Of a DNA stretch of 64,000 bases, positions 35,444 to 47,000 are shown one piece after another. This stretch comes from Balneolaceae bacterium (GTDB taxonomy: Bacteria; Bacteroidota; Rhodothermia; Balneolales; Balneolaceae): assembly GCA_007118695.1 (NCBI GenBank), contig SKRC01000085.1:14693-78692 (forward strand), read 5' to 3'. The position numbers were made by a program, and so were the translations under genes. Within the stretch, counting starts at the first letter, position 1, and every line of letters starts with the position of its first letter. The notes beneath the pieces were generated by a model, which had not been told where the DNA came from, searched no databases, and saw only the letters and a list, made by a program, of their open reading frames with translations.

Positions 35444-35695
35444 ATGATTAAAAATCCATCACATCCGAAAAAAGGCCACCTGAAAACCAAAGAGTGCCGG
35501 TTTACCAGGTCAAATTTCGTTTATATCGACTACAAAGAAGTAGAGGTATTAGAACGCTTTATCAATGATCAGGGGAAAATATTACCCCGAAGAGTTACTG
35601 GAACCAGTGCAAAGTTCCAACGGCAGCTTAACAAGGCAATACGAAGGGCCCGTTTTATGGGGCTGTTGCCTTATGTTGCTGAAAACATACGTTAA
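35444..35695 (+). CDS. rpsR: 30S ribosomal protein S18
   Basis: [50 protein letters not shown] is the canonical S18 core. Confidence 0.95.
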   Translation: MIKNPSHPKKGHLKTKECRFTRSNFVYIDYKEVEVLERFINDQGKILPRRVTGTSAKFQRQLNKAIRRARFMGLLPYVAENIR

Positions 35696-35721
35696 TTATT
35701 AGGATATAACAGATTTCGATT

Positions 35722-36171
35722 ATGAAGGTAATTCTGAAAGAAGATGTAGATAAACTGGGAAGTGCGGGTGAAGTGGTAGATGTAAAACCGGGCTATGGCC
35801 GGAACTACCTGATTCCGACTGCAAAAGCAGTGATGGCAACGGAAGGCGCCATTCGAGAGATAGAAAACAGAAAACGTCAGGCTGCAATGAGGGCGGAGCT
35901 TACCATTGATGCGGCCAAAGAGCTTGCCGAGCAACTGGAAACTACCTCATTGACCATTCCTGTTAAAACCGGTGAAGATGACAAAATTCATGGTACGGTA
36001 ACCAACATCCATGTCGCTGAAGCTCTTGAAGAGCGTGAGATCCTGGTAGATCGCCGCAATATCTCGATCGACCAGGAGATTAAGACACTTGGCGAGTATA
36101 CCGCAACAGTGGAACTTGTAGGTGAGCTGAAGCCAAAGGTCAAAATCTGGGTAGTCAAGGATGATTCATGA
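35722..36171 (+). CDS. rplI: 50S ribosomal protein L9
   Basis: MKVILKEDVDKLGSAGEVVDVKPGYGRNYLIP is the canonical L9 N-terminus. Confidence 0.95.
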   Translation: MKVILKEDVDKLGSAGEVVDVKPGYGRNYLIPTAKAVMATEGAIREIENRKRQAAMRAELTIDAAKELAEQLETTSLTIPVKTGEDDKIHGTVTNIHVAEALEEREILVDRRNISIDQEIKTLGEYTATVELVGELKPKVKIWVVKDDS

Positions 36172-36196
36172 ATGGGCCGATGTATAGTTGGTTGAA

Positions 36197-36886
36197 ATGA
36201 AAGTTACAGTAGCCACGTATCAGGTTGTTTTAATGGGGATCATCCTTTGGATGTTATCCCCATTTTTAGTTTATGCTCAGCTTGCCGATCCGGTTACTTT
36301 CAAGCTGAACAACGAGAATCTGCCACAGTCGGTGACAGCCGGAACCGTTTTTTACATCACGGTTGATGCAACCATTGAAGAAAACTGGCATTTGTACTCT
36401 ATCCTTAACGATCCTGCAGACGGCCCTATACCCACTACGTTTGCCTCTGCGGGCAGCGACATGATTATCGCAGGGGATATAACGGAATCAGCGGCACAAG
36501 TTTCTTACGATCCAAATTTTGATACCGAATTGGGTTTACACTCTCAAACTGCAAGTTTTCAGGTGCCAATTTTATTCCAGCCGCATCTTCAGGGGCCACA
36601 AAAAATCGGTATACTTATCCATTATCAGGCCTGTGATGACATCTCATGCCTGCCGCCAAAAACAGTGCTTGTTTCGGAGCCGGTGGAGGTGAAACCATGC
36701 GGTGATGAGTTGTCGGGATCGGCTCCCGGAATTGAAGATTTTGGGGTCGGAACCGGTGTGCCCGGGCACGAAAACAGTGATCACGGCCCGGGAAGTAACT
36801 TGCCTGGATGGCCATATTCATTGGCGGGACTGTTAATTTTATTGATAATTTCACTTGCATTAATCCGTTACAGCAAAATAAGATAG
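36197..36886 (+). CDS. DsbD/DsbC N-terminal-domain-like thiol-disulfide protein with C-terminal membrane anchor
   Basis: Signal/TM segment, then ENWHLYS..NDPADGPIPTTF and HYQACDDISCLPP motifs like the DsbD alpha-domain family, and a C-terminal TM helix. The ATG at 36197 is preferred over the TTG at 36188. Confidence 0.6.
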   Translation: MKVTVATYQVVLMGIILWMLSPFLVYAQLADPVTFKLNNENLPQSVTAGTVFYITVDATIEENWHLYSILNDPADGPIPTTFASAGSDMIIAGDITESAAQVSYDPNFDTELGLHSQTASFQVPILFQPHLQGPQKIGILIHYQACDDISCLPPKTVLVSEPVEVKPCGDELSGSAPGIEDFGVGTGVPGHENSDHGPGSNLPGWPYSLAGLLILLIISLALIRYSKIR

Positions 36887-37177
36887 GCGATTTATTTTTA
36901 GTGAATTATTTCTGTAAATTCATTAGTGAAAAAAGAAGCTGAAGTTTTGCTATCATTTTCGTTCTTTATAGGTAGGAACAGGCTTCGGGGAATGTTGTTT
37001 TATTGCAATTCAATAAATAAAAGATTCTGTGAAGTTCAGTTTCCACGGGTTAACAAAGTAAAATTGCGTATTAATTCAATGTCGTTCGTTTGTTAACTTT
37101 GACATTTAGTTTGAAATGATCTATCATTTTGCTTTCTTTTTAAGCCCTTTAACCAAAACACATAAGCGGAGTAATCT

Positions 37178-37897
37178 ATGACATCATCAATAGCTCTCTT
37201 TTTGCTTCAGGCTGGAGCTGATGCTGGTTTTTTTAATGTAATTGTTGAAAGATTCAACGAAGGTGGAGATTGGATGTGGCCTGTATTAATTGCCTTGATA
37301 CTGGGTTTGGCCATTTTCCTGGAGCGTATCATTACGCTAAATCTCTCCGATATAAACACACGTAAATTTATTCTCGAAGTGCAGGAAGCTCTCCAGGAAG
37401 GGGGTATTGATGCTGCTTCTGAGGTATGTGCCAAGACCCGGGGTCCTGTTGCATCTGTCTTTCAGGCTGGCCTGATGCGTGCAGATGAAGGCATGGATGC
37501 CGCTGAAAAAGCTATTACTACGTATGGCTCTATCGAAATGAGTTTCCTGGAAAGAGGGCTCGTTTGGCTTTCTCTCTTTATCTCGATCGCACCACTGCTC
37601 GGATTCCTCGGTACTGTAGTAGGTATGATTGAAGCCTTCGATGCGATTGAAGCCGCTGCTGATATCTCACCGAGTATTGTAGCCGGTGGTATTAAAGTTG
37701 CACTTTTAACTACCGCCAGTGGTCTTATGGCCGGTATAATTCTGCAGATCGGATACAACTATTGTGTCTCGAAAATTGACCGTCTTATTGCTGAAATGGA
37801 AGAGAGTTCAGTAACTCTTCTCGACTCTATTGTCGCAGTCAAGGAAGGCAAGCAGATTGTACCTCCAAAAACTGATACTGATGAAGGAGAAGCGTAA
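37178..37897 (+). CDS. exbB: MotA/TolQ/ExbB proton-channel family protein
   Basis: 239 aa, 3 TM. APLLGFLGTVVGMIEAF and ALLTTASGLMAGI are ExbB/TolQ signatures. Confidence 0.85.
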   Translation: MTSSIALFLLQAGADAGFFNVIVERFNEGGDWMWPVLIALILGLAIFLERIITLNLSDINTRKFILEVQEALQEGGIDAASEVCAKTRGPVASVFQAGLMRADEGMDAAEKAITTYGSIEMSFLERGLVWLSLFISIAPLLGFLGTVVGMIEAFDAIEAAADISPSIVAGGIKVALLTTASGLMAGIILQIGYNYCVSKIDRLIAEMEESSVTLLDSIVAVKEGKQIVPPKTDTDEGEA

Positions 37898-37944
37898 TCA
37901 GTAATCAGAACCATAATTTCAACCACCATACAGAGGAGTAGACC

Positions 37945-38214
37945 ATGGTCGAAGTAATTTTTCTTGGACTGGGGCTCGGGTTATTAATTATCGGAGTCAT
38001 CGCCATCTTTGCTGCAGGCATCAGAAATGTAACACTGGGTAAGTCAAGTGTCAAAAGAGTGCTTGTAATGGTAATACCGTTTGTCATTTTTGGCATTGCC
38101 TATGCTACCACCGGATCGGTGAATGAGGGCGGTATTGTTACTATGATGATCATGATGGGGGCAATGATTTTGGCTATTGCCTTCACCGGCCTAAAAGGAA
38201 CTTTTAAATTGTAG
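37945..38214 (+). CDS. Hypothetical 89-aa three-TM membrane protein between exbB and exbD
   Basis: Three hydrophobic helices, same strand, with short gaps to both neighbours. No family recognised. Confidence 0.4.
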   Translation: MVEVIFLGLGLGLLIIGVIAIFAAGIRNVTLGKSSVKRVLVMVIPFVIFGIAYATTGSVNEGGIVTMMIMMGAMILAIAFTGLKGTFKL

Positions 38215-38221
38215 AGGAAAC

Positions 38222-38764
38222 ATGCTTTTAAAAAAGCGACAAAGAGACGATGTCGAAATTGAAGGCTCTTCAATGGCCGATATCGCCTTTTTGCTACTTA
38301 TCTTTTTCCTTGTTGTAACGACTATTGATGTCGATACCGGGATCGGGCTGGTTTTGCCACCCATTCCGGACGATATTGAACCGCCGCCAATTCGGGAGCG
38401 TAACATGCTTCGCATTCTGGTGAATGCCCAGGGCATGATTCTGCTGGATGACGATCCGGTTTCAACAGCCGAAGTCAGACCGCGAGTCAAGGAGTTTGTG
38501 GATAATCCGACAAATGATCCGAATCTTTCGGAATCTCCCGACGATGCAATCGTATCGATCAAAACCGACCGGCAAACCCCTTACAGCGTTTATATCGATA
38601 TGCTCGATGAAGTAATGGGTGCCTACAATGAATTGCGGAACGAGGCTTCAATGGATCGGTTCGGGGTGCCATACAGTGCATTGGAAGAGGACAGCATACA
38701 ACAAGAGCAAATACGGGAACTTTATCCCAAACGAATTTCAATCGCAGAACCTGACGAAGGGTAA
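38222..38764 (+). CDS. exbD: ExbD/TolR family biopolymer transport protein (long form)
   Basis: The N-terminal MADIAFLLLIFFLVVT TM motif is typical of ExbD/TolR. A periplasmic domain follows. Confidence 0.8.
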   Translation: MLLKKRQRDDVEIEGSSMADIAFLLLIFFLVVTTIDVDTGIGLVLPPIPDDIEPPPIRERNMLRILVNAQGMILLDDDPVSTAEVRPRVKEFVDNPTNDPNLSESPDDAIVSIKTDRQTPYSVYIDMLDEVMGAYNELRNEASMDRFGVPYSALEEDSIQQEQIRELYPKRISIAEPDEG

Positions 38765-38767
38765 ATT

Positions 38768-39214
38768 ATGGCTCATTTTCAGAAAAAATCAGCGAATACA
38801 AAAGAAAGCATACCAACGTCGGCGTTGCCCGATATCATATTCATGTTGCTTATCTTTTTCATGGTCGTAACCGTTCTTCGCGAAGTTGAACTACAGGTTC
38901 AAATCGAGTTTCATCATGCGGAAAACATTGAAAAAATCGACCAGAAACGTCTGGTAAGTTATGTCTATATCGGCCCTGAAAGGTTAGGCGGTGGCCAGCT
39001 CGGAGATACTGCAGTGCAGATCGATGATGCCATTGTAGATGACATGGGGGCAATACGTCAGATTATGTACGATAAACTGATGGAACAACCACGGCTTATC
39101 GTCTCACTGCGTGTCGACAGGAATTCTGAATTCGGAGTAATCACCGATGTGCAACAGGAACTCAGGCACGCCGGTACATTGCGGATCAATTATTCCACAC
39201 TCCGGCAATTGTAA
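38768..39214 (+). CDS. exbD: ExbD/TolR family biopolymer transport protein
   Basis: LPDIIFMLLIFFMVVT motif, followed by a periplasmic domain. Confidence 0.85.
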   Translation: MAHFQKKSANTKESIPTSALPDIIFMLLIFFMVVTVLREVELQVQIEFHHAENIEKIDQKRLVSYVYIGPERLGGGQLGDTAVQIDDAIVDDMGAIRQIMYDKLMEQPRLIVSLRVDRNSEFGVITDVQQELRHAGTLRINYSTLRQL

Positions 39215-39241
39215 CCTGACATACAGCATTAATTTTCACTA

Positions 39242-39290
39242 AAAAGGCATCTATTCCGATCCGGTCGGGGTACATGCCTTTTTTATTTTC
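39242..39290 (+). terminator. Candidate intrinsic terminator after the exbBD operon
   Basis: AAAAGGCAT (39242-39250) pairs with ATGCCTTTT (39274-39282). The loop holds an inner CCGA/TCGG stem, and ttttattttc follows. Confidence 0.45.
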
Positions 39291-39295
39291 AATTC

Positions 39296-40345
39296 ATGCA
39301 AGAACAAGACTTTCAGACGATTCATGATATAGGTATTCGTTCGCTGTATGACAGATTGAAGAAATACAGCGGGGCTTCCAGGGATGAGATAATACCGGCC
39401 AAGGTGAAAAATTCCAGTATCAAAGCCCCGAACAAAAACGAAAATGGCAGGCTGATATCGGCATCCGGAATCTATCTCGAAGGGGTTCATTTCGACCTGG
39501 TATATACCCCGCTGAAACACCTGGGCCATAAATTATTGAGTGCCGCCGCAAGTCATCTTTATGCGGTCAATGGCAGGCCGGTATCGGCCCGGATAGATCT
39601 GGCCGTACCCAATAAAATATCCGTGTCGATGCTCGAGCAGATTTACCATGGATTTGATCAGGCTGGTAAAATTTATAACTGTTCGGTCCAGCCCGGCGAT
39701 ACAACGGCTTCCCGTCAGATGCTTGTGGTATCGGTGCATGTTGAAGGCATCGTCCGTGAAGAGGAAATGATTACCCTGGAAGGCTGTTCCACCGGCGATC
39801 AAATCTGTGTGACCGGAGACCTGGGCGGGGCGATGGCCGGTTTACGGGTGTTGTTACGCGAGAAACAGGCCTGGCAGGAGAGAGGCGGAGATCATTTTCA
39901 ACCCGACCTTGAAGAATATGAATATGTGGTGGGAAGACAGCTGATGCCCCTGGCAAGGCACGATCTGGGTGCATATTATGAGAAAGCAGAGGTGCATCCA
40001 ACCAGCCAGGTCGATGTGAGTCAGGGCCTGATAAACGAAATGCAGTTAATCGCAGAAGCTAATAACCTCGGTTGTGAAATTTTCACCCCAGCAGTCCCCA
40101 TCAGCCTGGAAACCAGACAAGTGGCTGATGAGATGCAGGAAGATGTAGACCGATATGCATTTTACGGTGGAGAAGACTATGAAATGCTGTTTACTCTCAA
40201 AAAAGAGGATGTGGAAAAACTGAAAGCTGAATTCGATGATTTTACGGTGATCGGAGAGATTAAACCGGCTGAATACGGCATTCAATTGAACACGGGTGAA
40301 GGCAAATCGATTGACATTGCAAAAGAAAAAAATCAGGGTTTATAA
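39296..40345 (+). CDS. thiL: AIR-synthase-related protein, probable thiamine-monophosphate kinase
   Basis: LEGVHFDLVYTPLKHLGHKLLSAAASHLYAVNGRP and PGDTTAS blocks resemble ThiL. The usual N-terminal GDDAAV motif is not evident, so the assignment is moderate. Confidence 0.6.
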   Translation: MQEQDFQTIHDIGIRSLYDRLKKYSGASRDEIIPAKVKNSSIKAPNKNENGRLISASGIYLEGVHFDLVYTPLKHLGHKLLSAAASHLYAVNGRPVSARIDLAVPNKISVSMLEQIYHGFDQAGKIYNCSVQPGDTTASRQMLVVSVHVEGIVREEEMITLEGCSTGDQICVTGDLGGAMAGLRVLLREKQAWQERGGDHFQPDLEEYEYVVGRQLMPLARHDLGAYYEKAEVHPTSQVDVSQGLINEMQLIAEANNLGCEIFTPAVPISLETRQVADEMQEDVDRYAFYGGEDYEMLFTLKKEDVEKLKAEFDDFTVIGEIKPAEYGIQLNTGEGKSIDIAKEKNQGL

Positions 40346-40465
40346 TCTACTCGCACACTGCAACGTTATAACTCCAAATGTGCAATTCACACTGTTACAA
40401 GAGTGGCGCATGACAATCTAAAAAGCGTTATATTGCTTTCTTATTCTATAGCTGAATGTAATTAA

Positions 40466-42568
40466 ATGCCAAAAAAGAACATCGATTTAAATAAAAAAGA
40501 TTCTGGTTCGGGGAAGAATAACGGAAAAAGCCCTCGTTTTCCAATATGGATCTATGTGGTATTGTTTTTGGTCATAATCGCCATAAACTTTTATCTGCTT
40601 CCTGCAGATACTTCCGAAAGAATAAAATACAGTACTTTCCTGGAGTATGTGGAAAAGGGATACATTGAAGAGATTCTGATTACCAATGGCACCGATATTG
40701 AAGGGACATACTCGGAAAAGGCCATTGAGGAGGGGATCATTACCCGGCCGCAGGAATCGGAAGAACGATGGCAGCTGTCGGCTCCGGATGATCAATACAA
40801 GAAATTTTATGCAACCATGCTGGAAGGCGATGATATTCGTTCAATGCTGGATGCCAATAATGTGGTCTACGATGTGCGTGTTGAGGAGAGTTGGTGGGGT
40901 GGCATATTAATATGGCTGATTCCGATTGCCCTTATCATTGCCTTCTGGGTTTTTATCTTCCGGAGAATGAATCCCGGGCAACAGGTCATGAACATCGGGA
41001 AGAATAAAGCTTCTCTCTACGATAAACAGTCGGAAAATAAAGTATCGTTTAAAGATGTGGCCGGACTTCAGGAAGCAAAGGCTGAAGTTGAAGAAGTTGT
41101 GGAATTTCTCAAAAGCCCTCAAAAATTCACCAAATTGGGTGGGAATCTGCCAAAAGGTGTAATTTTGGTTGGCCCGCCGGGAACCGGTAAAACCTTGCTG
41201 GCCAAAGCAACGGCCGGTGAAGCGGATGTGCCCTTTTTCTCTTTGAGTGGATCGGATTTTGTAGAGATGTTTGTTGGTGTCGGAGCCGCCCGAGTCCGTG
41301 ACCTGTTCAAACAGGCCAAGGAAAAAGCCCCCTGTATCGTGTTTATCGATGAAATCGATTCCATCGGTCGCAGCAGAGGCAGAGGAATGCAGATGGGATC
41401 GAACGACGAGCGCGAGAACACCCTCAACCAGTTGTTGAGTGAAATGGATGGTTTTAATTCCGACAAAGGGGTGATCATCATGGCGGCCACCAACCGCCCC
41501 GATGTACTCGACTCTGCCCTGTTACGCCCGGGTCGTTTTGACCGTCAAATCCTGATTGACAAACCCGATTTGAATGGCCGGATCAAGGTATTGGAAGTAC
41601 ACGCTGAAAAACTGAAGCTTTCTGAAAATATAGATCTTAAGGTACTGGCATCGCAAACCCCGGGGTTTGCAGGTGCAGAACTTGCCAATTTGTGTAATGA
41701 AGCGGCCCTTTTGGCCGCCCGGCGCGATAAACAAGTGGTGGAAATGGAAGATTTTCAGGATGCCATTGAAAGAGTGGTTGCCGGCCTTGAAAAGAAAAAT
41801 AAACTGATCAGCCCGAATGAAAGGAAAATCGTGGCTTACCACGAGTCGGGACATGCAATTGTAGGATGGTTTCTGGAACATACCGATCCGGTGTTGAAAG
41901 TGAGCATCGTTCCACGAGGTTTTGCGGCTCTCGGCTATACCCTGCAAACGCCACTGGAAGATCGTTTTCTGATGACCGTTGAAGAGCTTAACGACAAGAT
42001 CTGTGCCCTTCTCGGCGGCCGGGTAGCTGAAGAGATTATATTTGGCAGAATATCGACCGGTGCCCAGAACGACCTGGAAAGAATCACCAACCTGGCTTAT
42101 GCCATGGTAGCTGAATATGGCATGAGTGAAGAACTGGGTTATCTGTCTCTTACCGATTCCAATAACCCGGACAACAGTTACGGGTTTAACAAGAAGTATT
42201 CTGAGAAAACGGCCGAACGCATCGACCAGGCAGTGCAGAACATCATCCAGATAAACTACAAAACGACGTTCGAGCTGTTGAAAAAGCATAAGGATAAACT
42301 CGATGAAATGGCACAGTCGTTACTGGAAAAAGAGGTATTAAACCACAATGATTTACGGGAAATGCTGGGAGACAGGCCATCGGGGAATTACCCGGAGGGC
42401 ATATTTGGCAGCAAGCACGACTCAGCAGCTACGAATGGTTTGAAGGACAAAACAGACGGAGACGGACAGGCTAAAAAAGATGTAGATGAGACATCCGGTC
42501 AGAAAGAGCCGGTATCCGATAAAAACAAAGCGACTGCTGAAGATAAAAAACAGTCGGACTCTCAATAG
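40466..42568 (+). CDS. ftsH: ATP-dependent zinc metalloprotease FtsH
   Basis: N-terminal TM helices, Walker A GPPGTGKT, Walker [31 protein letters not shown] and the zinc site HESGHA. Confidence 0.95.
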   Translation: MPKKNIDLNKKDSGSGKNNGKSPRFPIWIYVVLFLVIIAINFYLLPADTSERIKYSTFLEYVEKGYIEEILITNGTDIEGTYSEKAIEEGIITRPQESEERWQLSAPDDQYKKFYATMLEGDDIRSMLDANNVVYDVRVEESWWGGILIWLIPIALIIAFWVFIFRRMNPGQQVMNIGKNKASLYDKQSENKVSFKDVAGLQEAKAEVEEVVEFLKSPQKFTKLGGNLPKGVILVGPPGTGKTLLAKATAGEADVPFFSLSGSDFVEMFVGVGAARVRDLFKQAKEKAPCIVFIDEIDSIGRSRGRGMQMGSNDERENTLNQLLSEMDGFNSDKGVIIMAATNRPDVLDSALLRPGRFDRQILIDKPDLNGRIKVLEVHAEKLKLSENIDLKVLASQTPGFAGAELANLCNEAALLAARRDKQVVEMEDFQDAIERVVAGLEKKNKLISPNERKIVAYHESGHAIVGWFLEHTDPVLKVSIVPRGFAALGYTLQTPLEDRFLMTVEELNDKICALLGGRVAEEIIFGRISTGAQNDLERITNLAYAMVAEYGMSEELGYLSLTDSNNPDNSYGFNKKYSEKTAERIDQAVQNIIQINYKTTFELLKKHKDKLDEMAQSLLEKEVLNHNDLREMLGDRPSGNYPEGIFGSKHDSAATNGLKDKTDGDGQAKKDVDETSGQKEPVSDKNKATAEDKKQSDSQ

Positions 42569-42673
42569 GGATGATAATCGGGGTGCTCATGGAAATTTCA
42601 AATCCTGCCCTGTTCCGGAACCGTGCATTACGAATCTTTGTTTTCGTCTGCTGATTAACTAAAAAAGCCCACT

Positions 42674-43105
42674 GTGATATACATTACCAGAAAAGCGCAC
42701 TTCAACGCTGCACACCGCTTGCACAATCCGTCAAAAACGGATCAATGGAACAGGGAAACCTACGGTAAATGCAGTCATCCGAACTGGCACGGGCATAACT
42801 ATATTCTGGAAGTAGTTGTGGCCGGTGAGCCGGACCCCGAAACCGGGTTTGTCATAGATTTGGGTAAGCTATATAAAATCGTGGAACAGGAGATTATCAA
42901 ACCCTGCGACCATAAAAACCTGAACCTGGATGTGCCATTTCTAAAGGATGTAATTCCTACGACTGAAAACCTGGTCAAAACATTCTATTATCAACTCAAA
43001 AATCCGGTTGAAAAGGCAGCAGCAAAGGGATCCATTCTCTATTCTCTGAGGCTCTTTGAGACTGAACGAAATTTTGCAGAATATTGTCCTAATGCTCGTA
43101 TCTGA
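42674..43105 (+). CDS. queD: 6-pyruvoyl-tetrahydropterin / 6-carboxy-tetrahydropterin synthase (PTPS-I/QueD family)
   Basis: [13 protein letters not shown] and [22 protein letters not shown] closely parallel the mammalian PTPS blocks GKCNNPNGHGHNY and [22 protein letters not shown]. GTG start. Confidence 0.85.
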   Translation: MIYITRKAHFNAAHRLHNPSKTDQWNRETYGKCSHPNWHGHNYILEVVVAGEPDPETGFVIDLGKLYKIVEQEIIKPCDHKNLNLDVPFLKDVIPTTENLVKTFYYQLKNPVEKAAAKGSILYSLRLFETERNFAEYCPNARI

Positions 43106-43128
43106 TATTAACTATTCTGAGTAAAAAT

Positions 43129-44028
43129 ATGATATCCACAAGTGTTAAACGATTTTATGATCCAACTTTTACTGTCTCTGATGAATATAAGGACAGCCTT
43201 CCCGATTTGCAGAACGGTCCTGCATCATTGATCGAAGGAGCCAATGTACCCATACAACAGGTGGGTATTTCCAATTTCCGCCTGCCACTGCTATATCCGA
43301 GACCGGATGGTGAACTTGTCCGGCTCGATACGTCGGTAGATGGGTATGTAGGCCTTCAGGCAGGTAAGAAAGGCATTAATATGAGCCGCATCATACGTAC
43401 GTTTTATGACTTCAAGGATGATATTTTTCATCCCGATAAGCTTAACGAGGTCCTGAAAGCCTATAAGGAGAAAATGGAGAGCCATTCGGGTTTTCTGAAA
43501 CTCTCCTTCAGTTACCCTATGATACAGGAGAGCCTGCGGTCAGGACTTCAGGGGTATCAGTACTATGATGTGGCCTTCGAAGGAAAACTGGATGAATACA
43601 ATAATTTCAGAAAGTATCTGCATCTGCAGTTTGAGTACAGCAGCGCATGTCCCTGTTCATTTGAGTTGGCTGAGCATGCAAGAGAATCCAGAGAAATAGC
43701 AGCGATATCCCACAGCCAGCGTAGTGTGGCCAACCTGACGGTCGAACTCAGGGATTCCCTTTTTATAGATGACCTGGTGGAATTGTGCCGAGATGCTCTC
43801 AAGACGGAAACCCAGGTAATGGTAAAAAGAGAGGATGAACAGGCCTTTGCCGAAATGAACGGGGCATTTCAGAAGTTTGTGGAAGATGCAGCCAGGCTCC
43901 TGTACAGTGAGCTGGACCAGGATTCAAGAATCCGGGACTTTGTGGTTCGTTGTGCCCACCTGGAAAGCCTGCACAGTCACGATGCAGTCAGCCGCATTTG
44001 CAAAGGCATTCCTGACGGGCTGCGATAA
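43129..44028 (+). CDS. folE2: GTP cyclohydrolase I type 2 (FolE2/MptA family)
   Basis: [48 protein letters not shown] and ESLHSHDA are co-linear with FolE2 motifs (KGTHMSR, LCPCS, HNQRS, KRPDE, ESIHNHSA). Confidence 0.8.
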   Translation: MISTSVKRFYDPTFTVSDEYKDSLPDLQNGPASLIEGANVPIQQVGISNFRLPLLYPRPDGELVRLDTSVDGYVGLQAGKKGINMSRIIRTFYDFKDDIFHPDKLNEVLKAYKEKMESHSGFLKLSFSYPMIQESLRSGLQGYQYYDVAFEGKLDEYNNFRKYLHLQFEYSSACPCSFELAEHARESREIAAISHSQRSVANLTVELRDSLFIDDLVELCRDALKTETQVMVKREDEQAFAEMNGAFQKFVEDAARLLYSELDQDSRIRDFVVRCAHLESLHSHDAVSRICKGIPDGLR

Positions 44029-44034
44029 CCCGGA

Positions 44035-47000
44035 TTACCCGATCGCATTTTTGACCAGCCTTTCCTGTTCAACCTGGTGAATTTTCATCTGCCCGGCAGC
44101 AGGTGATGCAGACGCCTGACGTCCAACGTATTCCAGTTTTTGTTTCGATTGCAGCAGTGATTTGATTCTGGGTGCAACAAAAGACCAGGCGCCCATATTT
44201 CTTGGCTCTTCCTGGCACCAAATGACCTCTTTAACATGACTGTACTTTTTCAGCAGTGAATGTATATCGCGGTCAGGAAACGGGTAAATCTGTTCAACCC
44301 TGTTGATGGTTACATGATCGGCCTCTATCTCTTCCTTGTGTTTCAGCAGGTCGTAATAAACTTTGCCGGACGCCAGGATAATTCGGCTGATTTTCTTTTT
44401 ATCTTTTACATCATCATCTTCGATGAAAGGCTGGAATTTGCCGTTTGCCAGTTCTTCGGCATTGCAGACCGCCAGAGGATGGCGCAGAAGACTTTTTGGC
44501 GACATAATGATCAGCGGTTTCTTCTTTTCCTGCAAAGCCTGCTTTCTGAGCACATGGTAGTACTGAGCCGGAGAGGTCAGATTCATCACCTGCATGTTAT
44601 CTTCAGCACATAGCTGAAGGAACCGTTCAAGCCTGGCCGAAGAGTGTTCAGGCCCCTGTCCCTCATATCCGTGGGGGAGTGTCATGACGAGGGCTGTTTT
44701 TTGTCCCCATTTTGCTTCACAAGCCGAAATGTACTGGTCGATGATTACCTGGGCTCCGTTGGCAAAATCACCGAATTGAGCTTCCCAAATGACAAGCGCA
44801 TCGGTTTTTTCGGCGCTATAGCCAAACTCAAAACCGAGTGCTGCAAATTCACTCAACAAGCTATTATAAGGATAAAATGGCGCCTGGTCCTCACTGAGGT
44901 TATTCAGGGGTATAAATCGCTGATCCGTGTCGGTCCCGTGCAGCACGGCATGGCGGTGAGAGAAGGTGCCCCGCTCAGCATCCTGGCCGGTGAGTCGTAC
45001 GGTTATTCCGGTTTTCAATAGAGAACCGATTGCAAGGGCTTCCGAAAAACCCCAATCCAGCCTCTTTTCATTGTTATTGACAATTTCAGCCCGTTTTGCC
45101 AGCTGCCGCAACAGCTTCGGGTTGGCATCGAAGTCTTTCGGTACGGTATTCAGCTTCAGAGAGATATCCTTCAGTTCCTCCATCGGATAGCTTGTGTCGG
45201 GGAAGGTTTCGCGTTCTTCCTGCTCCTTTTCACTTCGATCGAGCATCGTATCGGTAACTTCCAGTGCCTGCCCGCTCTTAGCATCTTCAAAGGCCTGCTG
45301 GAGAAGTTCATCAAATTCATCAAAAATCTCCTGCATCTCTTCTTCGTTGAACTCACCTTTACGCAGAAGCTGCCGAACATACAGATCCCGTACTGTGGGG
45401 TGATTTTCGATTTCCTTGTAGAGGCCAGGTTGTGTAAATGCAGGTTCATCTCCCTCATTGTGGCCGTGTTTGCGATAGCAAACCAGGTCAATCACGACAT
45501 CCTTGCCAAATTTCCGCCGATATTCGAGCGCAAGCTGCATGGCGTGAACCGCCGCTTCAGGATCATCGCCATTGACGTGTAAAATAGGGGCAAGGATCAT
45601 TTTTGCCAGGTCAGATGCATACTCGGTAGACCTGGCATCTTCCGGTAGGGTGGTGAACCCGATCTGGTTATTAATGATAATATGGATGGTACCACCAGTG
45701 TTATAGGCACGCAGTTGCGACATGTTCAGGGTCTCGGCTACCACACCCTGCCCTGCGAAAGCGGCATCTCCATGCATGAGCACCGGGACTATTTTCTTCC
45801 GGGCATCTTCGCCGTTATAGTGATCCTGCATGGCACGTGCAGCCCCTTCCACAACCGGGTTAACCGATTCGAGGTGGCTGGGATTCGGCATCAACTCCAG
45901 GTCAATAGCCCTGCCAGCTTCAGTCTGGTACTGTCCTTTCGATCCAAGATGGTATTTAACATCCCCGGAACCCTGAATGGTATCGGGATCGATATTGCCT
46001 TCAAAGTCTGCAAACACCTTGCGGTAAGGCTTGTTCATAATATTAACAAGGATATTGAGCCGGCCGCGATGAGCCATTCCGAGAAACAATTTCTCAATAT
46101 CAACTTCTGCTCCTCCTTCAAGCAGAAAATGCATCATCGGTATCAGGGTTTCGGCCCCTTCAAGTGAAAAGCGTTTATGGCCGATATATTTTTTATGCAG
46201 AAACTGTTCAAAGGCCATAGCCTGATTCAGTTTGTGCAGAATATTTTCCTTTTGTTTTTTTGACAGGTTCGGCGTGTTGGTGGTCGATTCCATCCGTTCC
46301 CTCAGCCATATCCGCTCTTCCATGTCGAGCAGATGCATATATTCGGCCCCGACGGTTCCCGAATAGGTATCGCGCAACAGGCGGATGATATCTCTGAGCT
46401 TGGCTGTCTCAAATCCACCCAGTCCACCACAATAGAATTCCCGGTCAAGATCCCACAGGGAGAGCCCGTAATAATCCAGATCCAGTTCCGGACTATGAGA
46501 GGGTCCGGTCCCCAGCGGATCCAGGTCTGCCAGTACATGCCCGCGCATCCGGTACATATTGATTAACCGCCAAACGGCGATCGCCCGACGATCCTGCTCC
46601 AGTGTGTTGCTTTTGCCGCTGAGTTGCCCTTCATACTTGTCCTGACTGAAGGGAAGAGGTTCATAAGGGATGTCAAGATCCGAGAAAATCTCATCATAAA
46701 AATCTTCCTCACCATTCAGCAAACGGTGGACTTTCTGCAGAAACGAGCCCGATTCGGCCCCCTGGATGATTCTGTGATCGTATGTACAGGTCATGGTCAT
46801 CACCTTGCTAATGCCAAGCTGGTTGAGCACTTCCTGCGACATCGATTGAAATTCAGCCGGATAATCAATGGCGCCTGTAGCGATGATGGCACCCTGTCCC
46901 TTCATCAGGCGAGGCACCGATGAAACCGTGCCGATGGTACCCGGATTGGTAAGGCTGATGGTGGTATTCTGGAAATCGCTGATTTCCAGTTTGCCGTTGC

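Noticed and set aside
41522-42289. 255-aa minus-strand ORF inside ftsH
   Set aside because: It is antisense to the unambiguous FtsH protease domain and has no recognisable family. Shadow ORF.
42569-42673. Possible preQ1 or THF riboswitch upstream of the queD/PTPS-folE2 pair
   Set aside because: There is an A-rich aactaaaaaa segment, but I could not find the required stem and conserved loop nucleotides by eye. An Infernal scan is needed.
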